A stretch of DNA of 64,000 nucleotides from Candidatus Omnitrophota bacterium (GTDB taxonomy: Bacteria; Omnitrophota; Gorgyraeia; Zapsychrales; Fredricksoniimonadaceae), in the NCBI GenBank assembly GCA_030650275.1, contig JAUSEK010000023.1, positions 199,729 to 263,728 on the forward strand, read 5' to 3'. Positions within the stretch are counted from its first letter, which is position 1, and each line of letters begins with the position of its first letter. A program made the translations under genes and the position numbers. Below, one piece after another: positions 10,807-19,733 of this stretch. The notes beneath the pieces were generated by a model. The model had not been told where the DNA came from, did no database searches, and worked only from the letters and a program-made list of their open reading frames with translations.

Positions 10807-11307
10807 TTGAATTCTAAAAGACAGGGGTGGAATATTTATCTGGGACTGTTATTGATCTTGTTATTCTTGCCGGGCAAGATTTGCGCGGATGGGGCCAATG
10901 AATTGGGCGATCGTGCCATCGCGGCCACCATTAAAACCTTGGCCAAGGCCTTTGTTCAGACGGTGGATCTGGAGAAATTCAAGGCCAAACATATCAGGTC
11001 CTTATCAAAAATGAGTGAAGAAAAATTTCAAAAGCGATATATTGAGATTTACGATGTTGTTAAGGATATTCCTCCTGAATTGCGCATCAAATACGGCGTC
11101 ACGGAACACCTGGACAGGACGCAAGCCATCCGAGGTATCGGGGATTTGGATAAAACGGATCTGGCAGAGATCATTGACGGGATACCGGACCAGGTTGTGA
11201 TTAAATATGTGAAAATTTATATAAAAAAGAACGTTGATCAGGCCAAAGATCAAATATTCTTACAGCAGATCGATTCTTTATGGAAGAAAATAACCCAGAA
11301 GGCGTAA
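10807..11307 (+). CDS. hypothetical secreted protein (TTG start, signal peptide)
   Basis: Signal-peptide-like N-terminus 'WNIYLGLLLILLFLPGKICADG'. Lower-GC coding region. No recognisable domain. Confidence 0.35.
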   Translation: MNSKRQGWNIYLGLLLILLFLPGKICADGANELGDRAIAATIKTLAKAFVQTVDLEKFKAKHIRSLSKMSEEKFQKRYIEIYDVVKDIPPELRIKYGVTEHLDRTQAIRGIGDLDKTDLAEIIDGIPDQVVIKYVKIYIKKNVDQAKDQIFLQQIDSLWKKITQKA

Positions 11308-11517
11308 GATCAGCGGCCTTTATAAAGGTTGCCTTTTTTATGATCTTGTGCTAAAAGAAAGACATAGTTTCGGCAGTATTTTACCTTCAGTTCCCCGCTG
11401 AAGATATCAACCGTTCCCCAGTATTTGATACAATTTTATGGTGTCCGGCCTGGCCTTGTATGGCTAGGGCCTTGACATGTATACTTCAATGAAGTATACT
11501 TTAAGCAGGGGGTCGTT

Positions 11518-11832
11518 GTGGAGTTCATTGAAACGCCGTTCTTTCTAAAAGCATCAAAATGGTTGTTGGATGACGATGAGTTAAGGCGGCTGCAGGTAAC
11601 GTTGTTGCTTTATCCGGCGATGGGTGTTGTGATACCGGGTTCGGGGGGTCTGAGAAAGTTAAGATGGGTTTCATCGGGCAAGGGCAAGAAAGGCGGGCTA
11701 AGGGTCATTTATTATTGGGTAACGGCAGATGATCAGATCTATTTATTATCCGTATACAAAAAATCTTCTCAAGAAGATCTGTCTTCGGACGACATAAAAT
11801 ATTTAAGGTCAGTCATAGAGGAGGAAATATGA
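11518..11832 (+). CDS. RelE/HigB-family type II toxin
   Basis: 'GGLRKLRWVSSGKGKKGGLRVIYYWVTADDQIYLLSVYKKSSQEDLS' matches the RelE/HigB-like (DUF1044-type) toxin signature. GTG start with an upstream GGGGG Shine-Dalgarno. Confidence 0.65.
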   Translation: MEFIETPFFLKASKWLLDDDELRRLQVTLLLYPAMGVVIPGSGGLRKLRWVSSGKGKKGGLRVIYYWVTADDQIYLLSVYKKSSQEDLSSDDIKYLRSVIEEEI

Positions 11833-12119
11833 ACCGGCGTGATTTTAATAATTTGGTCCAGAGCATCAAAGAAATGAAACAAATCAGGGCGGGCAAGCTT
11901 AAGCCCGCCAGGGTCACGAAATTTGACCCCATTTCTATTAAATCCATCCGCCATAAACTTCACCAATCACAGACAGCGTTTGCTTTCATGATCGGGGTCA
12001 GCCCATCAACCTTGCGTAATTGGGAGCAGGGGGCCAGACAACCGGAGGGGCCGGCGCAGGCCTTGCTTAAAGTGGCCCAAAAGGATCCGCAGGCTGTGTA
12101 TAAGGCATTGCATGGATAG
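11829..12119 (+). CDS. XRE-family helix-turn-helix antitoxin, HigA-like
   Basis: HTH 'LHQSQTAFAFMIGVSPSTLRNWEQGARQPEGPAQALLKV'. ATGA overlap with the upstream toxin gene. Confidence 0.65.
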   Translation: MNRRDFNNLVQSIKEMKQIRAGKLKPARVTKFDPISIKSIRHKLHQSQTAFAFMIGVSPSTLRNWEQGARQPEGPAQALLKVAQKDPQAVYKALHG

Positions 12120-12235
12120 TCGGTATTGAGGTTCTGATTGAGAAACATCAGGCAATCTTGATAAAGGTTGCCTTTTTTGCTGTTCGGTGATAAAAAAGGT
12201 ATTCAGAAACACTTTCAAAAAGGGGCGGGAAACCG

Positions 12236-12934
12236 ATGAGAAATGTTAGAAAACCGCTGATCATTGCCGTCATTGTCCTCTTTGTTTTGGCGATCGCAAA
12301 AGACCAGATCATCAAGGCCGCGGTGACCATCGGCGTCTCAAAGGCGGTGGGCGCGCCTGTGCATATTGACGGCATGTCGGTTGGTATCTTCCGTCAGTCC
12401 GTGCGCATCAGGGGATTTAAGATGTATAATCCTTCCGGCTTTCCGCGCGGGCCCATGGTTGACATTCCCGTGATCAGCGTTGAATATGATCTCGCCGCGA
12501 TCCTCAGGGGCGATCTGCACCTGCCTTTGCTCGTCCTTGACCTTAAGGAAATGATCCTTGTCAAAAACAAGGAAGGCCGGCTGAACGTCGATGCCTTGAA
12601 GGTCGTGCAGAACAAGGGCACAAAACCGTCCAAGGCCATGGCGCTGCGCATTGATACGGCCGTGCTTGATCTCGGGCAGGTCATGGTCAAGGATTACACC
12701 GGAGGTGAGCGGCCCGGCGTCCAGACCTATAACATCGGCGTGCATCATAAAACCTACAGGAACATCAAAAGCGTCGAACAGCTCATTGTTCTCGTCATGA
12801 TCGAGGCCATGAAGCCGACGGCCATCAAAAGCGCGGGCATTTACAGCGCCGCGGGCGTTCTGGGCGTTGCTTTTTTGCCTGTCGTGGCGGCCGGCGTCGT
12901 CTTTGACAAGGTGTATCAGCGGATCCACAAATGA
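12236..12934 (+). CDS. hypothetical membrane-anchored protein, AsmA-like N-terminal region
   Basis: N-terminal TM anchor followed by a beta-rich region resembling AsmA/DUF748 N-termini. Weak call. Confidence 0.35.
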   Translation: MRNVRKPLIIAVIVLFVLAIAKDQIIKAAVTIGVSKAVGAPVHIDGMSVGIFRQSVRIRGFKMYNPSGFPRGPMVDIPVISVEYDLAAILRGDLHLPLLVLDLKEMILVKNKEGRLNVDALKVVQNKGTKPSKAMALRIDTAVLDLGQVMVKDYTGGERPGVQTYNIGVHHKTYRNIKSVEQLIVLVMIEAMKPTAIKSAGIYSAAGVLGVAFLPVVAAGVVFDKVYQRIHK

Positions 12935-12979
12935 AGGATTTGTTCTTTCCGGTCATGGTTGTTGTGTTAGAATTTTGAT

Positions 12980-13426
12980 ATGTACGACGTGGATTTTGTC
13001 CAGGTATTGCAGGCCTCCATCGCCCCTTGCGTCATGATCTCGGGGGTGGGTTTATTGCTGCTTTCTTTTTCCAACCGGTTGTCCCGGCCTTTGGACCGGA
13101 TCCGCCAATTGAAGAAAGAATATGAGAAAGTGCCCGATGGGCAGAAGGCCGTTCTTCTTGAACAAATTGAGATCTTTTACCGCCGCTGCAAGATCCTGCG
13201 CAATGCGGTGGGGGCTTTGACGGTGAGTTTATTTTTTATTTCGGTCGTTATCCTCATTCTTTTTATTTCTTTGACCGTTCAAACATATTTCTTCAGGCCG
13301 CTCATGAGAGTGTCATTCGTTCTAAGCATTCTGGCGATGATCACCGGGGTCGTGTTTTTCTTCTGGGATGTTCTGGTGACTTTAAAATCCATCCGGCTGG
13401 AAATAAGGCAGTTTAAAAGACAATAG
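12980..13426 (+). CDS. hypothetical integral membrane protein
   Basis: Two hydrophobic segments and a charged middle. No motif recognised. Confidence 0.4.
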   Translation: MYDVDFVQVLQASIAPCVMISGVGLLLLSFSNRLSRPLDRIRQLKKEYEKVPDGQKAVLLEQIEIFYRRCKILRNAVGALTVSLFFISVVILILFISLTVQTYFFRPLMRVSFVLSILAMITGVVFFFWDVLVTLKSIRLEIRQFKRQ

Positions 13427-13474
13427 ATCCCCGGCCCTTCCTCCAATGACCCGCAAATTCATAAAAGATGAACC

Positions 13475-14287
13475 ATGGTTTTGATCAGTTTGATTTTGCC
13501 GTTCTTCCTGTTCATCTCGGTGTTCTTTTCTGCTCCCGCGCTGGCGGGCGATTGGAACGTCCATTTCCTCAACGTCGGTTATGGTGATGCCATCATCATT
13601 GAACGTCCCGATGGTCATGTGACCCTGATTGATGCCGGAAGCCGTCCGGCCGCAGAGAACATAAAAGAGTTCTTAAAAAACAAAGGCATTGCCGGCATAG
13701 ATGCGGTTGTGCTGACCCATCCCCATGAGAATCATTGCGGGGGTTTGGAAGGGCTGGCACCGATCATCAAGGCCAATGAACTATTTTTTAACGGTGATAC
13801 CGGCGGGGATGAGATATGCGCCGGTATTCTGGAAACATTGCGGCGGGCAGGCAGGACGATCAAAATAGTGAAGGCGGGGGATGTGGTGTATGAGGGGCGG
13901 GACCATCTTTTAAAAGTATTGCATCCGTCCGTCCTGGGGCCGGGGACCAATGACAATTCCCTAGTCGTGTGGCTTAAGGCAGAAGGAAAAGGTTTTTTAT
14001 TTACGGCAGACATCGGTATGCTTGGGCAAGCGGCGTTGGTGCGGGAATTTCCCTTTGTATCGCAGGCCAATGCCGTGCAAGTACCGCACCATGGGGACGC
14101 GGTGATCCCCTCATGGAAAGCCGATTTCCCGCGGGCTGTTTTTATCATGTCGACCGGAAAAAATCCTTACGGCCTGCCCTCGAAAGAAACGCTGAATGCT
14201 TTGGCGGGAAAATTGTACCGCACGGACCAGGGCGCGATCACGCTGACAAGCAAGGGTGAGGAGATCTCCATTGTTCAGCATCCGTAA
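13475..14287 (+). CDS. MBL-fold metallo-hydrolase (ComEC-C/Rec2-like lactamase_B domain), secreted
   Basis: Signal peptide, 'HFLNVGYGDAIII' and 'VVLTHPHENHCGGL' metallo-beta-lactamase motifs. Confidence 0.7.
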   Translation: MVLISLILPFFLFISVFFSAPALAGDWNVHFLNVGYGDAIIIERPDGHVTLIDAGSRPAAENIKEFLKNKGIAGIDAVVLTHPHENHCGGLEGLAPIIKANELFFNGDTGGDEICAGILETLRRAGRTIKIVKAGDVVYEGRDHLLKVLHPSVLGPGTNDNSLVVWLKAEGKGFLFTADIGMLGQAALVREFPFVSQANAVQVPHHGDAVIPSWKADFPRAVFIMSTGKNPYGLPSKETLNALAGKLYRTDQGAITLTSKGEEISIVQHP

Positions 14288-14798
14288 TATTTCTTCCAGA
14301 CACAGGGCATGGGCGTTGGCTTTGGCCTGGGTGGCGGCCATTTATTTGACCTCAGGACAGGTCCGCAGCGTCAATGATTGGCTAAGGCAATGGCCGGCAT
14401 ATCCTGTTTTGATCGCCATCCTGTGTTTGTTATTCCTCACGGTGTTTATAACAGCCGGCCTGAAAAAGCGGGCATTGGACCGCAAACAATGGTTTTTGAT
14501 CGGACTGATCGCCGCGCTCTACACCGCAACTGTTTTTTATCTTCAAATTCCTGCCGAACGGGCGCATTTGGTGCAGTATGGTATTTGTGCCCTTCTTTTT
14601 TACCGGGCCTTAAGACACCATATGGGTGCGGGGCGCGCCGTTTTTCCCGCCTGGGTTCTGACCGTTTTGTCCGGGTTTCTGGATGAGGTCATTCAAGGGC
14701 ACACTCCCGGCCGTTATTTTGGCTGGGGGGATGTCATTCTTAATGCCTGGTCCGGGGCCATGGCTTTGGGCCTTAATTTTATTTTTATCCTGCATTAA
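14256..14798 (+). CDS. VanZ-like / hypothetical membrane protein
   Basis: Four predicted TM helices, ~150-180 aa. Topology is consistent with the VanZ family. True start is uncertain. Confidence 0.35.
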   Translation: MRRSPLFSIRNISSRHRAWALALAWVAAIYLTSGQVRSVNDWLRQWPAYPVLIAILCLLFLTVFITAGLKKRALDRKQWFLIGLIAALYTATVFYLQIPAERAHLVQYGICALLFYRALRHHMGAGRAVFPAWVLTVLSGFLDEVIQGHTPGRYFGWGDVILNAWSGAMALGLNFIFILH

Positions 14799-14816
14799 TT
14801 TGTTATAATCCTGCCT

Positions 14817-16442
14817 ATGGCTTTGATCAGTCTGCAGGAGATCAGCGTTGCGTTCGGCGGGCCTTTGTTGTTTGACGGGTTAAGCCTGCAATTGGAAACC
14901 AAAGAGAGGGTCGTTCTCCTGGGGCGCAACGGCGTCGGGAAAACAACGCTCATGAAGGTCATCGCCGGACAAATGGGCGTTGATACCGGCGAGGTTGTGC
15001 GCCAGCAGGGCATTGAAGTGACGCATTTGCCGCAGGAAGTCCCGTTGGCCCTTGAGGGCAATGTTTTTGATATTGTGGCGCAGGGTTTGGGCAAGCGCGG
15101 GGAGTTGCTGCAGGAATATCATCATGTCAGCCATCGCCTGCATACGGAGCATACCAAGGCATTGATGCGCCGGCTTGATCATCTGCAGGAGCAATTGGAC
15201 CATACGCAAAGCTGGGACATCAGCGGTCAGGTGGAGCTGGTGATCGCCAAAATGGGCCTGGACCCCGAAGCCCAATTCCAGCAGCTTTCCGGCGGGCAGA
15301 AACGCAAAACTTTATTGGCCAAGGCGCTGGTCATCAACCCCGACATCCTTTTACTGGACGAGCCCACCAATCATCTGGACATCCAGGCCATTGACTGGCT
15401 TGAAGCATTCCTGAAAGATCATGCCGGCACCCTGATGTTCGTGACCCACGACCGCATGTTCATGCGTCATATGGCGACAAGGATCGTGGAACTTGACCGC
15501 GGGAAAATTTTCAGCTGGAGCTGTGATTACGCGACATTTTTAGAGCGCAAGCAAATGGCATTGGAGAATGAGGAGGCCCGCTGGGAGAATTTTGACAAGA
15601 AATTGGCGGAAGAGGAAGTTTGGATCCGCAAAGGCGTCAAGGCCCGCCGGACACGCAATGAAGGCCGGGTCAAGGCGCTGGAACGTCTGCGCGACGCGAA
15701 AAAAGCCCAGCGGCATGTGATCGGCCAGGTCAGCATGCAGGCACAGGAGGCCGGGCGTTCCGGCCATCTGGTGGCCAAGGTCTCCAATCTGGGCTTTAGT
15801 TACGGCGAGCATTGCCTGGTGAAGGATTTTTCCACGAATATCATGCGCGGGGACAAGATCGGCATCATCGGCCCCAACGGGTCGGGGAAAACAACGCTGG
15901 TCCGCCTGATATTAGGCAAGATGACGCCCCAAAAAGGCAAGGTGCGCTTGGGGACCAAACTGGAGATCGCGTATTTTGACCAGTTACGTGAAGACCTCGA
16001 CGAAGAAAAAAGTGTCATGGACAATGTCACCCGGGGCAGCGACACGGTGACCATCAACGGCAAGCCGCGGCATATCATCGGGTATCTGCAGGAATTTCTT
16101 TTCACCCCGGACCGCGCCCGGACCCCGGTCAGGGTGCTTTCCGGCGGTGAGCGCAACCGTTTATTGCTGGCCCGCCTCTTCACCAAACCCTCCAATGTGC
16201 TGGTCATGGATGAGCCGACCAATGACCTGGATGTGGAGACGCTGGAATTGCTGGAAGAATTGCTTTTGGATTATTCAGGCACGCTTTTATTGGTCAGCCA
16301 CGACAGGACCTTTTTGAACAATGTCGTCACCAGCACCATTGTTCTGGAAGGCGGCGGCGTCATCAATGAATATGCCGGCGGGTATGATGATTGGCGCAGT
16401 CAATATTTGGAAGAAAAATCACCCCCTTTTCTTTTTGGGTGA
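14817..16442 (+). CDS. ABC-F family ATPase (two ABC domains, no TMD)
   Basis: Two Walker A motifs ('GRNGVGKTT', 'GPNGSGKTT') and two signature motifs ('LSGGQKRK', 'LSGGERNR'). 541 aa, as in EttA/YbiT-type ABC-F proteins. Confidence 0.85.
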   Translation: MALISLQEISVAFGGPLLFDGLSLQLETKERVVLLGRNGVGKTTLMKVIAGQMGVDTGEVVRQQGIEVTHLPQEVPLALEGNVFDIVAQGLGKRGELLQEYHHVSHRLHTEHTKALMRRLDHLQEQLDHTQSWDISGQVELVIAKMGLDPEAQFQQLSGGQKRKTLLAKALVINPDILLLDEPTNHLDIQAIDWLEAFLKDHAGTLMFVTHDRMFMRHMATRIVELDRGKIFSWSCDYATFLERKQMALENEEARWENFDKKLAEEEVWIRKGVKARRTRNEGRVKALERLRDAKKAQRHVIGQVSMQAQEAGRSGHLVAKVSNLGFSYGEHCLVKDFSTNIMRGDKIGIIGPNGSGKTTLVRLILGKMTPQKGKVRLGTKLEIAYFDQLREDLDEEKSVMDNVTRGSDTVTINGKPRHIIGYLQEFLFTPDRARTPVRVLSGGERNRLLLARLFTKPSNVLVMDEPTNDLDVETLELLEELLLDYSGTLLLVSHDRTFLNNVVTSTIVLEGGGVINEYAGGYDDWRSQYLEEKSPPFLFG

Positions 16443-16484
16443 TAAAATAATTTTGTATTTAACCCTGAACTCAAGGAGATGCGT

Positions 16485-16697
16485 ATGCTTAAACAAGCGT
16501 GTATCGGTTGCAAGATCGTAGGCGCATTGGCCATCATCGGGGCATTGAATTGGGGGGCGATCGGGATCCTGCAGGTGAATTTTGTGGAACAGATCCTGGG
16601 GGACGGCCTGGCCCGGGTGGCGTATATTTTAGTCGGGATCTCCGGTCTTATGCTTTTGGCAAGTTATTTTATCGTTTGCCCGATGTGTAAGAAATAA
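16485..16697 (+). CDS. DUF378-family small membrane protein
   Basis: 'IVGALAIIGALNWGAIGIL' matches DUF378. AAGGAG Shine-Dalgarno 6 nt upstream of ATG 16485. Confidence 0.55.
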   Translation: MLKQACIGCKIVGALAIIGALNWGAIGILQVNFVEQILGDGLARVAYILVGISGLMLLASYFIVCPMCKK

Positions 16698-16699
16698 TT

Positions 16700-17074
16700 A
16701 TGCATAATTTTTTGAAGGCATGGGTCGTGGCTATTTTTTTGGTCCTGAACTCCGGGTGCGCGGCGATGCTCATCGGCGCCGGCGTGGCCGGGGGCCTGGT
16801 CATCAGCGAGGATTCGGCCAAATTCAGCGTGGACAAGGGTTTCAGCCATGCCTGGGCCGCCAGTCGCCAGGTGCTTTCCAAAGAAGGCAAGATGACTTCC
16901 GAAGATAGAACAGCGGGCAAGATGGAAGCCGCGGTGGGCGAGTCCAGGGTCATCGTTTTTGTCAAAGCGGCCACCCGGCGCTCCACCACGATCGAGGTCA
17001 AGGCCCGCAAGAACCTTTTGCCTCACGTGGCGCTGTCAGCCCAGATCAGCCGCAAGATCCAGGAACGTTTATGA
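16700..17074 (+). CDS. hypothetical lipoprotein
   Basis: Lipobox 'LNSGC' after a hydrophobic signal. ~120 aa. Confidence 0.45.
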   Translation: MHNFLKAWVVAIFLVLNSGCAAMLIGAGVAGGLVISEDSAKFSVDKGFSHAWAASRQVLSKEGKMTSEDRTAGKMEAAVGESRVIVFVKAATRRSTTIEVKARKNLLPHVALSAQISRKIQERL

Positions 17075-17119
17075 GGTTGTTGTGTTAGAATAATTCGGTC
17101 ATCTATAAGGAGGGTTCAC

Positions 17120-17587
17120 GTGTTCATACGGATACTATTCGGCTTTTTGTTTGTCCTCGGCGTTTCCGGCTGTGCCACCACCCAGCATAAGGCCTCGCAG
17201 CAGGACCAGATGCAGACCCGCGTTGTTGAACTGGAAAAGAAGCTCGAGGAAAAAGATGCCGAGATCGTGGACTTGCAGTACGCGGTCAAAGACCTTTCCA
17301 GCCGCGTGGATGCTTCCAAAGCCCCCGCGGCGGCCGAATCTTCCGTGCCTGCCGGCGAGTCCGCTGTTGCCGTCAAAGACGGAAACAACATCATCCGTGT
17401 TGCCGCTACCCCCGAAAAGGTGCAGGCCGCCTTGAAGGCCGCCGGGTTTTATAACGGCAGGGTTGACGGTAAAATAGGCGCGGGCACTAAGGCCGCCATC
17501 GTCCAGTTCCAGAGATCCCAAGGGCTTAATGCCGACGGAGTGGTCGGCCCAAAGACCTGGGATGTCCTGAAGACCTACCTCCAATAG
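17120..17587 (+). CDS. lipoprotein with C-terminal peptidoglycan-binding (PG_binding_1) domain
   Basis: GTG start, lipobox 'GVSGC', coiled-coil middle, and C-terminal 'KAAGFYNGRVDGKIGAGTKAAIVQFQRSQGLNADGVVGPKTW'. Confidence 0.55.
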   Translation: MFIRILFGFLFVLGVSGCATTQHKASQQDQMQTRVVELEKKLEEKDAEIVDLQYAVKDLSSRVDASKAPAAAESSVPAGESAVAVKDGNNIIRVAATPEKVQAALKAAGFYNGRVDGKIGAGTKAAIVQFQRSQGLNADGVVGPKTWDVLKTYLQ

Positions 17588-17604
17588 TCAGTCAGCGCTG
17601 TCTT

Positions 17605-18690
17605 ATGCATCCGGACCCAAAGCTCCCACGGCCAAACATCGTGCTGAACGCCGTTTCCGAAGAGCAATTGCTCAATACACGGCTCTGCGATCTGCCGGTG
17701 GCCATTGAAGGCACATGGCTTGAGGAATGCGTGCGCCAGTTGTACGCGGAACTCGATGCCAAAGGGCTTGTTTTTCATCCTGTCTGTTACCTGGCCGATG
17801 AGTGGCTGACCCCCGAAGGGGAAACGGTCATCGGCATCCCGTTCTATCTGGCCCACCCGGTGCTGGTCAAGCTCGAACATAAGATGATGCTGGAAGCCGA
17901 GGGGGAAGGCAGGGACTGGTGCATGCAGTTGTTGCGCCACGAGGCGGGCCACGCGTTCTCTTACGCCTATGATCTGCACAAACGCGGGGACTGGCAAAAG
18001 GTGTTCGGTTCCCCGCAGGAGGAATACGGCGACACCTATAAGTTCAAACCCTACAGCAAACGGTTCGTCCGGCACATTGACGGGTTTTACGCGCAGTATC
18101 ATCCCGACGAGGATTTCGTGGAAACCTTCGCGGTGTGGCTGACCCCGGATTCCAACTGGCAGGAAACGTACAAGGGCTGGAAGGCGCTGGACAAATTGCA
18201 TTTCGTTGACGGCCTGATGAACGAGATCAAAGGCAAGCCGCCCGTCTATAAGAAGATACGCAAATTATGGAACCAGAGGAAATTGACCGTCACGCTCAAG
18301 AATTATTACCGCCGCAAACGCCAGACGGAGCAGGAAGAGTCCCCGGATTTCCACGACGTTCAGCTGGAAAAGATCTTTAAACCGTTGTCTCCCGAAGAAT
18401 GGATCGCCTTTAAGAAAGACCAGCGCAGAAGTCAAACTCTTTTGACCGCCCAGGCGCTCATCCGCAGGCATGCCAAAAATATTTTGAATAGCATTGACCG
18501 GTGCACCGGAGAGCGCAAATATATCATCAGCCATTTGCTCAAGAACACCAGCCTTCGGGCCCGGCAGTTGAACATGATCGTGACAGACCCGCAAGACGTG
18601 GCCGTTGTGCGTTTGTCGGTGTACGTCACGAGCTTGGTCATGAATTATGTCCATACAGGATGGTACAGGGGGTTGAGGCGGCGCACATGA
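17605..18690 (+). CDS. putative zinc-dependent peptidase (HEAGH motif)
   Basis: 'LLRHEAGHAFSYAY' zincin-like HExxH. First gene of three tightly overlapping genes. Confidence 0.55.
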   Translation: MHPDPKLPRPNIVLNAVSEEQLLNTRLCDLPVAIEGTWLEECVRQLYAELDAKGLVFHPVCYLADEWLTPEGETVIGIPFYLAHPVLVKLEHKMMLEAEGEGRDWCMQLLRHEAGHAFSYAYDLHKRGDWQKVFGSPQEEYGDTYKFKPYSKRFVRHIDGFYAQYHPDEDFVETFAVWLTPDSNWQETYKGWKALDKLHFVDGLMNEIKGKPPVYKKIRKLWNQRKLTVTLKNYYRRKRQTEQEESPDFHDVQLEKIFKPLSPEEWIAFKKDQRRSQTLLTAQALIRRHAKNILNSIDRCTGERKYIISHLLKNTSLRARQLNMIVTDPQDVAVVRLSVYVTSLVMNYVHTGWYRGLRRRT

Positions 18691-19733
18691 AAAAGAAACT
18701 GAAGGTCCTCATGCTGTTTTACAGCCCCTACCAGAAGCCGCGCGGTTATGATTACAAAGAGGAATTCGCCGACCCCGAGAACATGTATACCGAAAAGGAC
18801 GTGCTGGAAGCACTCAAGGCCCTGGACCATGAGGTGTCTTTGCTGGGGATCTTCAATGACATCGCCCCGCTTTTTGAAGAGATCAGGGAAAACAAGCCCG
18901 ACGTCATTTTCAACATGATGGAGGTGTTCAACGACCAGGCCTATCTGGAGAAGAACATGGCCGCGCTGCTGGAGGTGACCGGCATCCCTTTCACCGGCTC
19001 CTCGTCGGGGGTCCTGTACCTGTGCAACAACAAGGCGGTGCACAAAAAGATCTTCAGCTATCATCGCATCAAGGTGCCGCGGTTCCGCGATTTCCCCAGG
19101 GGGGGACGGGTGTCCGTGCCTGCGAAGTTCCGCATGCCCGCGGTGATCAAGCCCCTGTGCGAGGAGGCCTCGCGCGGCATATCCCAGGCGTCGGTCGTGG
19201 ACGATGCCCCGGCGTTCATTGAGCGGGTCAAGTTCATCCACGAGAACATGGGTATGGATGCCATCGCCGAGGAATACATTGAGGGGCGGGAGCTGTACGT
19301 GACGGTCATCGGCCACAAACGCCTGATGGTGCTGCCGCCCAGGGAAATGGTCTTTGCCAAGGTCCCCGATGAACAGCCCCGCATCGCCACCTACAAGGCC
19401 AAATGGGATGACGATTACCGTGAGCGCTGGGGCATTGACAGCGTGCCGGCCAAAAATATCAGCGATGAGACGCTCAAGCACATTGAAGATGAATGCAAGC
19501 GCGCCTACCGGGCCATGGACGCGCGCAGTTACCTGCGCTTTGACATACGCCTGACGCCGCAGGGCGAGGTGTTCTTCATTGAACCCAACGCCAACCCCTG
19601 CATTGCCAGGATCGACGAGATGGCCATGGCCGCCCAGAAGGCGGGCATCAGTTATGAGGAGCTGATCGGGCAGGTCGTTGAGCAGGCCATTGCGCTCAAT
19701 GAACAGGCCCGTTCACGCAAGGTGAAACCATGA
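18687..19733 (+). CDS. ATP-grasp enzyme, D-Ala-D-Ala-ligase-like
   Basis: Ddl-like N-domain, central ATP-grasp 'IKPLCEEASRGISQASVV' and 'EEYIEGRELYVTVIG'. ATGA overlap with the upstream peptidase gene. Confidence 0.6.
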   Translation: MKKKLKVLMLFYSPYQKPRGYDYKEEFADPENMYTEKDVLEALKALDHEVSLLGIFNDIAPLFEEIRENKPDVIFNMMEVFNDQAYLEKNMAALLEVTGIPFTGSSSGVLYLCNNKAVHKKIFSYHRIKVPRFRDFPRGGRVSVPAKFRMPAVIKPLCEEASRGISQASVVDDAPAFIERVKFIHENMGMDAIAEEYIEGRELYVTVIGHKRLMVLPPREMVFAKVPDEQPRIATYKAKWDDDYRERWGIDSVPAKNISDETLKHIEDECKRAYRAMDARSYLRFDIRLTPQGEVFFIEPNANPCIARIDEMAMAAQKAGISYEELIGQVVEQAIALNEQARSRKVKP

